From: Bacillota bacterium
GTDB taxonomy: Bacteria > Bacillota > Clostridia > Peptostreptococcales > Anaerovoracaceae
Assembly: GCA_017619385.1 (NCBI GenBank)
Contig: JAFZSM010000074.1
Coordinates: 1-33,716, forward strand
Reading direction: 5' to 3'
DNA: 33,716 nt
The notes under the pieces are model-generated. The model worked only from the letters and a program-made list of their open reading frames with translations. It ran no database searches and was not told the origin of the DNA. Of the stretch, positions 8,471 to 16,579 are shown one piece after another (position 1 is the stretch's first letter; every line of letters starts with the position of its first letter). The position numbers and the translations under genes are program-made.

Positions 8471-8491
8471 AAGAGGAAATTCTTTATTATT

Positions 8492-8935
8492 ATGACGAAA
8501 GCGCAAATAAGACGAAATTTTATAAAGAAACGCAGTAAGGAAGCGGATTACGACCCTGAAAAGGACCCTACCTTAGAACGAGACGTTTTAGTCACGTTTT
8601 GGTCACAAAAAACCACCGAAAAGATGAAGAATCTGGGTACTTATTTACCCGAATTTGACGATGAGATAAAAAGATATGCCGGATATGTGGCCGACTATGA
8701 ATTGCTCTCTCCGGAGATTAAAGGTCCGGAGGATATGACCACAGAGTCGGCAGCAGGCACAGAGAAAACAAGTCCGCTGGTCAGGATCATCGAGAACCTG
8801 CGGAAGGATATCATGATGGAGGAAGACAAGCTCCTGCTTACAGCAAGAGAATATTATAAATTATTCCCGCCGGAAGGCTCGGGAGACAGCAAAGAGGAGA
8901 AGCTTCAGAGCATTCTCGAAAAGATAAAGGGATAA
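8492..8935 (+). CDS. terS: Candidate terminase small subunit (P27-family-like)
   Basis: Position directly after the HNH gene. Pattern DDEIKRYAGYVADYELL....GTEKTSPLVRIIENLRKDIMMEEDKLLLTAR resembles P27-type small terminases. TerL is not adjacent. Confidence 0.45.
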   Translation: MTKAQIRRNFIKKRSKEADYDPEKDPTLERDVLVTFWSQKTTEKMKNLGTYLPEFDDEIKRYAGYVADYELLSPEIKGPEDMTTESAAGTEKTSPLVRIIENLRKDIMMEEDKLLLTAREYYKLFPPEGSGDSKEEKLQSILEKIKG

Positions 8936-8938
8936 AAC

Positions 8939-8997
8939 ATGGCAGAACTGAAAGGAATTGAATACCTCAAGAAAAAACTGAACGACAAGCGCCCAGA
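8939..8997 (+). other. Probable displaced 5' end of the portal gene (MAELKGIEYLKKKLNDKRP), one nucleotide out of frame with the main portal ORF
   Basis: ATG 8939 has the RBS AAGGGA upstream. In its own frame, the text after codon 19 turns into S/R/T-rich junk and stops at 9083-9085. Confidence 0.45.
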
Positions 8998-10152
8998 GTG
9001 GAGCTTAGGTATGATTATTACGAGCAGAAGCACAAGGCAAGAGATTTCGGCATCTCGACACCGGAAGATCTCATGGCCTTAAGGTATATCAACGGCTGGT
9101 GCACAAAGGCGGTCGATACCCTGGCAGACAGATTACAGTTTGCCGGATGGAGAAATGATAATTTTGACCTCGCAGGGATATTCAACATGAATAATCCCGA
9201 TGTACTGTATGATTCGGCAATCCTCTCCGCCTTGATCTCTTCATGCTGCTTTATAGTGGTTTCTCCCAGCGGATCAGAGATTCCGAGGCTTCAGGTAGTG
9301 GACGGAGCGAACGCAACAGGCATCATCGATGAGTTCACGGGACTCCTTCAGGAAGGCTATGCCGTACTTGAAAGAAATGAGCTTAAAGAAGTAACGCGCG
9401 ATGCGTATTTTACAGTAGACGAGACGATTTATTATGAGCGCGGAGAAGAGATTCAGAGGGTAGCCAATCCGGCACCGTATCCGCTCCTTGCTCCGGTCAT
9501 TTATAAGCCCGACGCAAAGAGACCTTTCGGTCATTCCAGGATATCCAGAAAGGCAATGGAGCTTTCCGACATGGCCGCAAGAACGCTCAAGAGGTCGGAA
9601 ATATCCGCAGAGTATTACTCAATTCCGCAGAAGTATGTTACCGGACTTGCAGAAGACTCCGAGCCGATGGATAAGTGGAAGGCAAGCGCCTCATCAATGC
9701 TCACCTTCACGAAAGACGATGAAGGAGACAAGCCGACGCTCGGACAGTTCCAGGCCGGATCACCGACACCGTTCAACGAACAGCTGACAATGCTTGCCGG
9801 AGAGTTCTGTAGAGAGACCGGCCTTGCAATGTCCGACATGATCATAAACACAGCAAACCCTACAAGCTCAGATGCAATCAAGGCAGAGCATGAGTGTATG
9901 AGGCTGATGGCCCGCAAAGCACAGAAGTGTTTTGGCTCTTCATTCCTCAATGCTGGATATCTGGCAGCATGCCTCAGAGATGACTACCCTTATCAGCGTG
10001 AACAACTGTATCTTACACAAGCAGCATGGGATCCGATCTTTGAACCGGACGCTTCACAGCTCGGAGCTTTGGGCGATGCGATTTTGAAATTAAACCAGGC
10101 AAAGCCCGGTTACCTCGATGAGGATAAGATGCACGATCTTTTAGGGATGTAA
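8998..10152 (+). CDS. Portal protein (SPP1 Gp6-like)
   Basis: The ORF as listed starts at GTG 8998 with no RBS. Motifs RYDYYEQKH..., GLLQEGYAVLE, RPFGHSRISRKAMELSD and IPQKYVTGL, plus size and position, fit SPP1-type portals. Confidence 0.8.
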   Translation: MELRYDYYEQKHKARDFGISTPEDLMALRYINGWCTKAVDTLADRLQFAGWRNDNFDLAGIFNMNNPDVLYDSAILSALISSCCFIVVSPSGSEIPRLQVVDGANATGIIDEFTGLLQEGYAVLERNELKEVTRDAYFTVDETIYYERGEEIQRVANPAPYPLLAPVIYKPDAKRPFGHSRISRKAMELSDMAARTLKRSEISAEYYSIPQKYVTGLAEDSEPMDKWKASASSMLTFTKDDEGDKPTLGQFQAGSPTPFNEQLTMLAGEFCRETGLAMSDMIINTANPTSSDAIKAEHECMRLMARKAQKCFGSSFLNAGYLAACLRDDYPYQREQLYLTQAAWDPIFEPDASQLGALGDAILKLNQAKPGYLDEDKMHDLLGM

Positions 10153-10155
10153 TGT

Positions 10156-11163
10156 ATGACAGATATAGCACCGGAATTACTTGAAAAAGTACAACAGAGC
10201 TTTGAAGCAGAGACCGCAGGGCTCAGAGATGAGATAGCAAACGGCGTAAAGAGCTATGAAGAGGCTTATTCTTACGCAATTCAGGTCGGGGAAGCTCTGT
10301 CCAAGTCTTTCGGAGTGAATATCACACCTGAAGTCCTCCCGGACGGGATGATGTATTACAATATTGCAGACAAAGTGGTCCGCCCGATGCTTCAGGCAGA
10401 GTATGAGATATCTTCTGCGGCAGCAGTACAGGCACAGAGAAGCGCAAACAGGGCAGCAGGCATCGGAATAAAGGCACAGGTACCCGATTTTGACGAAGAA
10501 AGGGCACAGGGCATCATAGATCGGGTGTCTTCACAGCCTTTCGATGAAGTCAGCTGGCTCCTGAATGAGCCTGTTAAGACATTCTCGAAGAATGTGGTCG
10601 ATAACACGCTCCAAAAGAATGTCGAATTTCAGGGCAAGAGTGGATTATCACCGAAAATAAGACGCACAACCTCCGGAGAAACTTGCAAATGGTGTCAGGA
10701 AGTAGCGGGGGTTTATGAGTACCCGAATGTTCCAGGAGATGTCTACAGACGACACGCAAACTGTGATTGTGTGGTGGAATATATTGACGGCGGAAAAGTT
10801 CAAAATGTTCACACAAAACAGGTGCGAAATGCCGAAGAACGTGATAGAATGATTATACAGAGAAGCCAAACATACCAAAGCACACCGTTAAAGTTTGACC
10901 TTCAGTTTTTTGCCAAGAAAACCAAGCATGCAGCAAAAAGGGCAATCGAGAGAGGAATAAGCGACGAGGACATCGATGATGCTTTAGCAAATCCGTTAAA
11001 TGGAGAGGGCGGAGAGCTTGTAATTGATGAGTTTGGAGAAGAAAGTATAAAGTTCATCGGAAGAAAAGTAACAGTTTGCATCAGCACAGAAGAATCGGAC
11101 GACATAGAATATACAGTCTGGAAAACCTCTAAGAGCACGAGGAAAAGGTATGGCGAAGAATAG
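10156..11163 (+). CDS. MuF / SPP1 gp7-like minor head protein with a C-terminal DUF4258-like toxin domain (MuF polymorphic-toxin architecture)
   Basis: The MuF core is TSGETCKWCQEVAGVYEYPNVPGDVYRRHANCDCVVEY. A DLQFFA linker motif follows, then KHAAKRAIERGISDEDIDDALANPL...IKFIGRKVTVCIS...IEYTVWKT, which resembles DUF4258. Confidence 0.65.
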   Translation: MTDIAPELLEKVQQSFEAETAGLRDEIANGVKSYEEAYSYAIQVGEALSKSFGVNITPEVLPDGMMYYNIADKVVRPMLQAEYEISSAAAVQAQRSANRAAGIGIKAQVPDFDEERAQGIIDRVSSQPFDEVSWLLNEPVKTFSKNVVDNTLQKNVEFQGKSGLSPKIRRTTSGETCKWCQEVAGVYEYPNVPGDVYRRHANCDCVVEYIDGGKVQNVHTKQVRNAEERDRMIIQRSQTYQSTPLKFDLQFFAKKTKHAAKRAIERGISDEDIDDALANPLNGEGGELVIDEFGEESIKFIGRKVTVCISTEESDDIEYTVWKTSKSTRKRYGEE

Positions 11164-11347
11164 ATTTAATGAAATGCAGGAAAAATTCTTAATAAGCCTT
11201 GGATTATCGGCCGATTCAGACGCGGCAGACATAGAGGACACTGTGTCAAAAAAACTGATGAGAGAAGGGTTTGGCAAGGGACATAAAACGATAAATCAAA
11301 CAGGAAGAATGTGTGAAGCAATCCTTGATATTATCGGAGAAGAATAA
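11150..11347 (+). CDS. Small protein overlapping the MuF 3' end; candidate immunity protein
   Basis: Its ATG lies 14 nt inside the MuF stop region, consistent with translational coupling. It is 65 aa and is followed by a strong terminator. No family recognised. Confidence 0.4.
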   Translation: MAKNRFNEMQEKFLISLGLSADSDAADIEDTVSKKLMREGFGKGHKTINQTGRMCEAILDIIGEE

Positions 11348-11373
11348 TATACGAGCCATCAGATAGACAACAA

Positions 11374-11400
11374 AGCATCGGAGACCCCGGTGCTTTTATT
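11374..11400 (+). terminator. Rho-independent terminator
   Basis: 8-bp stem AGCATCGG / CCGGTGCT (one G-T pair), loop AGACC, then TTTTATT. Confidence 0.65.
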
Positions 11401-11419
11401 ATGCCCGAAGGAGAATTAA

Positions 11420-11716
11420 ATGATTGTAAACATATGCGGAGTACCGCACAAGGTCGTTGAATGCGAGAACGCATTGGACGGTGCCGTCCAGGGAGAAATC
11501 ACTTATAAGGACTGTCTGATCAAGATCAACAAAGACATGTCTGATTACGAGAAGAAAGAAACACTCTGCCATGAAATGGTGCATGGAATATTCGTACACC
11601 TGGGATACAACGACTACGCCGATAATGAGCAGCTGGTACAAGCTCTCGGAAATGCAATATATCAAGGATTCACAGTAAAGGAGTATAAAGACAATGAGAT
11701 GTGCATTAAGTTTTGA
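11420..11716 (+). CDS. Small HExxH metallopeptidase-like protein
   Basis: RBS AAGGAGA. CHEMVHGIFVHLGY contains an HExxH zinc-binding motif. The protein is 98 aa. Confidence 0.5.
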   Translation: MIVNICGVPHKVVECENALDGAVQGEITYKDCLIKINKDMSDYEKKETLCHEMVHGIFVHLGYNDYADNEQLVQALGNAIYQGFTVKEYKDNEMCIKF

Positions 11717-11993
11717 CGAAAACAAGGATCTTATCGAACAGAAGCTTTCAGCATGGGGAGAGATGCAGTCCCTGGAAGAGGATCCCGCCTACAAGGAAGA
11801 GGATATTAAGGACGAAAAGCAGAAGGAATATTTTATCGGCTACAAGATGGCCTGCGATGAGTTCTGCAAAGACCTTGATAACATGGTTGAGGATGAGATG
11901 ATCTCCGAAGAGGCATCCGACCACCTTCAGGCGCTCATTGCCGGATCCCTGGCAATGCAGCTCTTCAGCATATTGGATTATCAGGAGGAATAA
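11694..11993 (+). CDS. Highly acidic hypothetical protein
   Basis: ORF overlapping the upstream gene. It is rich in D/E (EEDPAYKEEDIKDEKQKE, DNMVEDEMISEEASD). No family recognised. Confidence 0.4.
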   Translation: MRCALSFDENKDLIEQKLSAWGEMQSLEEDPAYKEEDIKDEKQKEYFIGYKMACDEFCKDLDNMVEDEMISEEASDHLQALIAGSLAMQLFSILDYQEE

Positions 11994-12169
11994 TGGACGA
12001 AGTAATCACAGCTCGAAATAAAGCCATTGCAATGGCAATCATCGACGGCCTGGAAGAACAACATATCAGTGTGAGAGACGCACAGGATATTCTTTACCAG
12101 GCACAGGACCTGATCAGAGAAAAGAGCAACACACAGGCTCTTTCTGATATGCTCCACAAAATGCTTTGA
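11993..12169 (+). CDS. Small helical hypothetical protein (58 aa, below the ORF-track cutoff)
   Basis: Hand translation from the TAATG overlap gives MDEVITARNKAIAMAIIDGLEEQHISVRDAQDILYQAQDLIREKSNTQALSDMLHKML. RBS AGGAGGA lies upstream. Confidence 0.4.
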   Translation: MDEVITARNKAIAMAIIDGLEEQHISVRDAQDILYQAQDLIREKSNTQALSDMLHKML

Positions 12170-12242
12170 CAAGGAGACGCTATGAAAAGCAGGAACAGAT
12201 CACCTGATAAGGGAACGACGCTGAACTGAGAAAGGAGGGCTT

Positions 12243-13634
12243 ATGGCACGGATTGGAAGCCAGATGCCCACTCAGTCCGCGATAATTCCATACACGGAGA
12301 CCAAAGGAAACGAGGCAGCGAAGCTCTACGCACTGACCGGCAAAGAGCTTATGGAGTGGCAGCAGGGCGTTCTTAAGAACATGATGGCTGTCACAGCTGA
12401 AGGCTTGTGGACTCACATCAAGTTTGGATATTCCGTATCCAGACGAAACGGCAAGACCGAGATGGTTTATGCAAGAGAGATGTGGGGATTGCTTCACGGA
12501 GAAAAGATTCTCCATACGGCACACCGTACAGATACGGCGCACAGTTCCTGGGAATGTCTTTACGAACTTCTCAAGAAGGCAGGCATTCCCATTGAGCACA
12601 CCTTCAGAGCCAACGGCAGAGAGCATATATTTGTCACCGGCGGAGGCCGCATCGAGTACCGTACCAGAACATCAAAGGTCGGACTCGGCCAAGGCTATGA
12701 CCTGCTCGTGATAGATGAGGCACAGGAGTACCAGGACGATCAGGAGACCGCCCTTAAGTACATCGTCACAGCATCGAAGAATCCGCAGATAATCATGCTC
12801 GGAACACCGCCGACGGCAGTAAGCTCCGGAGATGTCTTCAACCGACTAAGGAGTGAAATCCTTGCAGGCAAGACAACAGATTCCGGCTGGGAAGAGTGGT
12901 CGGTAGAATCTCAGCACGATCCGCACGATGTGGATGCGTGGTACCTGACAAACCCGGCGCTCGGAATAACACTGAAGGAAAGAGATATTGCCGCAGAGAT
13001 TACCGGCGATTCACTTGACTTCAATATCCAGCGTTTAGGCTTATGGATCAAGTACGACCTTAAGTCAGCCATTCCGGAAGCGGAGTGGGAAGCTCTCAAG
13101 GTCAAGAATGTTCCGAAGCTCGACGGAAAACTGTGTGTAGGCATCAAGTACGGTAAGGACGGAGAGAATGTATCAATGTCCATCGCTGTAAGAACAGCCA
13201 CCGGAAAGATATTCGTTGAAGCCATTGATTGCCGCCCGATTAGGAACGGCGATACATGGATGCTGAAGTTCCTTAAGACCGCAGACATTGCACAGGTCAT
13301 CATAGACGGAGCAAGCGGTCAGCAACTCATGAAAGAGCAGATGCATGAGGCAAAGATAAAGCCTATCCCGGTTCTTCCGACAGTCAAGGAGGTCATAACA
13401 GCCAATGCGGTATTTGAGCAGGCTCTGGAAGCCAAAGAAATAAGGCATGCAGGGCAGAAATCACTTACCCAGGCAGTTACGAACTGTGACAAGAGAGCCA
13501 TAGGCTCAAACGGCGGTTTCGGGTTTAAGAGCTTGAAGGAGGATATCGATATCAGCCTCATGGATTCCATGATACTTGCTCACTGGGCATGCACCCGTGT
13601 TAAGAAACGAAAGAAACAAAAGGTAAGCTATTAG
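12243..13634 (+). CDS. terL: Terminase large subunit
   Basis: Walker A-like SRRNGKTE and Walker B LLVIDEAQEY, with a C-terminal nuclease-like half. RBS GGAGGG. Confidence 0.85.
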   Translation: MARIGSQMPTQSAIIPYTETKGNEAAKLYALTGKELMEWQQGVLKNMMAVTAEGLWTHIKFGYSVSRRNGKTEMVYAREMWGLLHGEKILHTAHRTDTAHSSWECLYELLKKAGIPIEHTFRANGREHIFVTGGGRIEYRTRTSKVGLGQGYDLLVIDEAQEYQDDQETALKYIVTASKNPQIIMLGTPPTAVSSGDVFNRLRSEILAGKTTDSGWEEWSVESQHDPHDVDAWYLTNPALGITLKERDIAAEITGDSLDFNIQRLGLWIKYDLKSAIPEAEWEALKVKNVPKLDGKLCVGIKYGKDGENVSMSIAVRTATGKIFVEAIDCRPIRNGDTWMLKFLKTADIAQVIIDGASGQQLMKEQMHEAKIKPIPVLPTVKEVITANAVFEQALEAKEIRHAGQKSLTQAVTNCDKRAIGSNGGFGFKSLKEDIDISLMDSMILAHWACTRVKKRKKQKVSY

Positions 13635-13659
13635 AGAGGAGCCGACAAGGCTCTTTTTT
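13635..13659 (+). terminator. Weak terminator-like hairpin plus T6 after terL
   Basis: GAGCC-GACAA-GGCTC stem-loop, extendable with G-T/A-T pairs, followed by TTTTTT. Confidence 0.3.
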
Positions 13660-13708
13660 AATACAATTTTACGCTCACCACGCGGATAAGTGGGGAAAGG
13701 ATAAGAAC

Positions 13709-14182
13709 ATGGCAGATTTTACACCTATCACAACGCAGGAAGAATTTGATGCAGCAATCAAGGACCGTCTCACAAGAGACCGTGAAGCCCAGGCAAAGAA
13801 GACAGCGGAAAAGTACGCTGATTACGATGACCTGAAGGCCAAAACGGAGGAATATGAGAAGCAGATCGCGGACTATACCGAGAAGCTTAAAGGTATCGAG
13901 GAGAAGGACAAGAAGATTGCAGAGCTCGAAAGCTCCGTGAAGAAGTACGAGACCTCAGCCTTAAGAACAAGGATTGCCCACGAAACAGGACTTGATTACT
14001 CTCTGGCATCCCGTCTCACAGGAGAGACAGAGGACGACATCAGAGCAGACGCTAAATCACTTTCTGAAGCGATAGGCAAAATGAAGACATCTGCGGCACC
14101 GGCAAAGAGTACAGAACCCGCCGGGGCAGCAGGCAAATCAAATGCAGGCTATCAGGCACTGCTAAGCAGCTTAAAATCATAA
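13709..14182 (+). CDS. Capsid scaffolding protein (coiled-coil, DUF4355-like)
   Basis: Charged heptad-like sequence (KAKTEEYEKQIADYTEKLKGIEEKDKKIAELESSVKKYE) placed directly upstream of the major capsid gene. Confidence 0.6.
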   Translation: MADFTPITTQEEFDAAIKDRLTRDREAQAKKTAEKYADYDDLKAKTEEYEKQIADYTEKLKGIEEKDKKIAELESSVKKYETSALRTRIAHETGLDYSLASRLTGETEDDIRADAKSLSEAIGKMKTSAAPAKSTEPAGAAGKSNAGYQALLSSLKS

Positions 14183-14195
14183 GGAGGATTTTACA

Positions 14196-15122
14196 ATGAG
14201 CAGCATTATTTCTAAAGGAACCGGCCTTTTTCCGGAGGAACTTGTTAAGGGTATGGTAAGCCTCGTAAAGGGCAAATCAGCAATCGCTAACCTTTGCGGA
14301 GCAACACCTATCGCATTCAACGGTAACAAGGAGTTCACTTTCGACCTCGATTCCGAGATCGATATCGTAGCAGAGAACGGAGCAAAGTCCAACGGCGGCG
14401 CAACCATCGGCTCAAGAACCATCGTACCTTTCAAGGTTGAGTATGGTACTCGTGTATCTGATGAGTTCATGCAGGAGAACGAAGACTATCAGCTCGGAGT
14501 TCTTGAGGCATTCACAGACGGCTTTGCAAAGAAGCTTGCAAGAGGTCTCGACATCATGGCATTCCACGGTGTTAACCCTAGAACCGGAGCAGCTTCACAG
14601 ATTATCGGCAACAACTGCTTCGACCTTGCAGAGGTATCCAGCGGCGTTCCTATCACTCGTATCCATCACGCTACAGCAAGCGGCGATGCTAACGATCATA
14701 TGGAGGCTGCTATCGCAGCAGTTCAGGGCGCAGAGTGGGAAGTAAACGGTGCAGCAATGGCACCTGCTTTCAGATCCGCTCTTGCAGCTCTTACACTCGG
14801 CAGCGATAACCTTCAGCCTCGTTTCCCTGAGCTCGCATGGGGCTCCGCTCCCGGAACCATCAAGGGCCTTCCTGTTCAGGTTAACGGCACTGTAGCATTC
14901 GGCGGCTCCGATGACCTTACAATCGTCGGTGACTTCCAGAACTGCTTCAAGTGGGGCTATGCTAAGCAGATCCCTGTTAAGGTGATCGAGTTCGGTAACC
15001 CTGACAACGATGCGACCCTCGGAGATCTTCAGGGACACAACCAGGTTTACCTCAGAGCAGAGGCTTATATCGGATTCAGCATCCTCGTACCCGCTGCATT
15101 CGCTATCATCGACAACCAGTAA
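14196..15122 (+). CDS. Major capsid protein
   Basis: 308-aa ORF after the scaffold gene, with a strong RBS AAGGAGGA. Assignment rests on composition and position in the head module. Confidence 0.7.
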   Translation: MSSIISKGTGLFPEELVKGMVSLVKGKSAIANLCGATPIAFNGNKEFTFDLDSEIDIVAENGAKSNGGATIGSRTIVPFKVEYGTRVSDEFMQENEDYQLGVLEAFTDGFAKKLARGLDIMAFHGVNPRTGAASQIIGNNCFDLAEVSSGVPITRIHHATASGDANDHMEAAIAAVQGAEWEVNGAAMAPAFRSALAALTLGSDNLQPRFPELAWGSAPGTIKGLPVQVNGTVAFGGSDDLTIVGDFQNCFKWGYAKQIPVKVIEFGNPDNDATLGDLQGHNQVYLRAEAYIGFSILVPAAFAIIDNQ

Positions 15123-15289
15123 TGTTCACCTACGTAAACGGCAAAGGACAGACCATCACGACCGCCTGTGAAATAACAGGCGGCGGATGGGAGCCTGTGG
15201 CCAAGGAGACCGCCCCGAAACAGAATACGAGGGCTGAAGGGGAGAAGGAAACTAAGACCACAACAGCCAAGAGGAAGAAGAATGAGTGA
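15122..15289 (+). CDS. Small hypothetical protein (55 aa, below the ORF-track cutoff)
   Basis: Hand translation from the TAATG overlap gives MFTYVNGKGQTITTACEITGGGWEPVAKETAPKQNTRAEGEKETKTTTAKRKKNE. It overlaps the next start. Confidence 0.35.
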   Translation: MFTYVNGKGQTITTACEITGGGWEPVAKETAPKQNTRAEGEKETKTTTAKRKKNE

Positions 15290-15695
15290 TTATGCAACAG
15301 TAAATGACATTATAGCGCTTAAGAGACCTCTTACAGCGGAAGAGCAGGAGAGGGCGGCACTACTCATACCGATAGTGTGTGATTCCTTGCGATTCGAGGC
15401 AGAAAAGGTCGGGAAAGACCTTGATGCGCTGGTAGAGGATTCGAGCTATCTGGCATCAGTTGCTAAATCCGTAACTGTAGATGTCGTTATGAGAGAACTC
15501 ATGACATCCACGGAAGGCGAGCCGATGACACAGATGAGTGAGTCGGCACTGGGATACTCAGTATCAGGAACATACCTGGTACCGGGCGGCGGATTGTTCA
15601 TCAAACGCTCGGAGCTTAAGAGGCTCGGTCTTACGCGCCAGAAATATGGAGTGATTGAATTCTATGGTTCTAAATCAGACGACAATACAAATTAA
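15282..15695 (+). CDS. Head-tail connector protein (gp6-like)
   Basis: N-terminus YATVNDIIALKRPLTAEEQERAALLIPIV is typical of phage gp6-like head-tail connectors. Position is after the capsid gene. Confidence 0.55.
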   Translation: MSDYATVNDIIALKRPLTAEEQERAALLIPIVCDSLRFEAEKVGKDLDALVEDSSYLASVAKSVTVDVVMRELMTSTEGEPMTQMSESALGYSVSGTYLVPGGGLFIKRSELKRLGLTRQKYGVIEFYGSKSDDNTN

Positions 15696-15999
15696 GACAA
15701 GGACACAGACAGGAAAGGATGCCTTGAACCATCCGATCTATTCGGAAGTATGGGAAGATGTATCCGGATGCGTAGTAGGTTCACCCAGCTCCGAGGATAT
15801 CGAGAGCGAAATGAACTTATCGGGCAAAAGGATAGCTTACGAGGTATTCCTTCCGAACGATGATGCTCACACATGGGCCGGATCCGAGGTAAAGATCAAC
15901 AACAAGCCCTACAGAGTAATCGGAGATGTGAAAGAGAGTTTTGTCAGCTTCTCTCATATTCCTTGCAACAAGCTGATATCGGTAGAAGCTTATGAGTAA
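15664..15999 (+). CDS. Head closure / head-tail adaptor protein
   Basis: ATG 15664 lies 9 nt after GGAGTGA (the listed ORF starts at TTG 15655). Assignment is by size and synteny. Confidence 0.45.
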   Translation: MVLNQTTIQIKTRTQTGKDALNHPIYSEVWEDVSGCVVGSPSSEDIESEMNLSGKRIAYEVFLPNDDAHTWAGSEVKINNKPYRVIGDVKESFVSFSHIPCNKLISVEAYE

Positions 16000-16231
16000 T
16001 GTACAGTTCAAGCTTAATAAGGCAGGAGTAAGAGAGCTCCTGAAGTCGGAAGGCGTTTATGGAGAATGCAAGAAGGTAGCCCAGAGCGCACTCGCAAAAT
16101 GCGGAGACGGATATGCAGTGCACGATGTAAGATACCCCGAGCGTTCCGGAGCGGCAATAGCCGCAACGACCATGAAAGCCGTCAATGACAACAAGAAGAA
16201 CAATACTCTCTTAAAGGCGGTGGGCGGATGA
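15992..16231 (+). CDS. Neck / tail-completion protein (HK97 gp10-like position)
   Basis: Overlapping ATGA-type junctions with both neighbours. Assignment is by synteny only. Confidence 0.35.
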   Translation: MSNVQFKLNKAGVRELLKSEGVYGECKKVAQSALAKCGDGYAVHDVRYPERSGAAIAATTMKAVNDNKKNNTLLKAVGG

Positions 16232-16578
16232 TTGAAACAACACTTATTGCATATTTGAACGGACAGCTCCCCGTGGAGGCTTATGCGGAATATCCTGAAA
16301 ATGCGCCGGCGCAATTCGTACTGATCGAAAAGACCGGCAGCGGATTGACCAACAGGCTCTCCCGGGCAACCGTAGCGGTTCAGTCCTATGGTGATTCATT
16401 GCTTGACGCAATGGAGCTGAATGAGCAGGTGAAGGAAGTCATGGACGCTTTACCGGATGAGCTTGACAGCATCACACGCTCGAAGCTGAACTCCGATTAC
16501 AATTTCACAGACACAAGTACCCGTAAATACCGCTATCAAGCGGTCTATGACATCACATATTACAAGGAGGATGTGTAA
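16228..16578 (+). CDS. Tail terminator / tail completion protein (DUF3168-like)
   Basis: The pattern LIAYLNGQLPVEAYAEYPENAPAQFVLIEKTGSG...VAVQSYG resembles DUF3168-type tail terminators. It lies directly upstream of the major tail gene. Confidence 0.45.
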   Translation: MIETTLIAYLNGQLPVEAYAEYPENAPAQFVLIEKTGSGLTNRLSRATVAVQSYGDSLLDAMELNEQVKEVMDALPDELDSITRSKLNSDYNFTDTSTRKYRYQAVYDITYYKEDV

Positions 16579-16579
16579 A

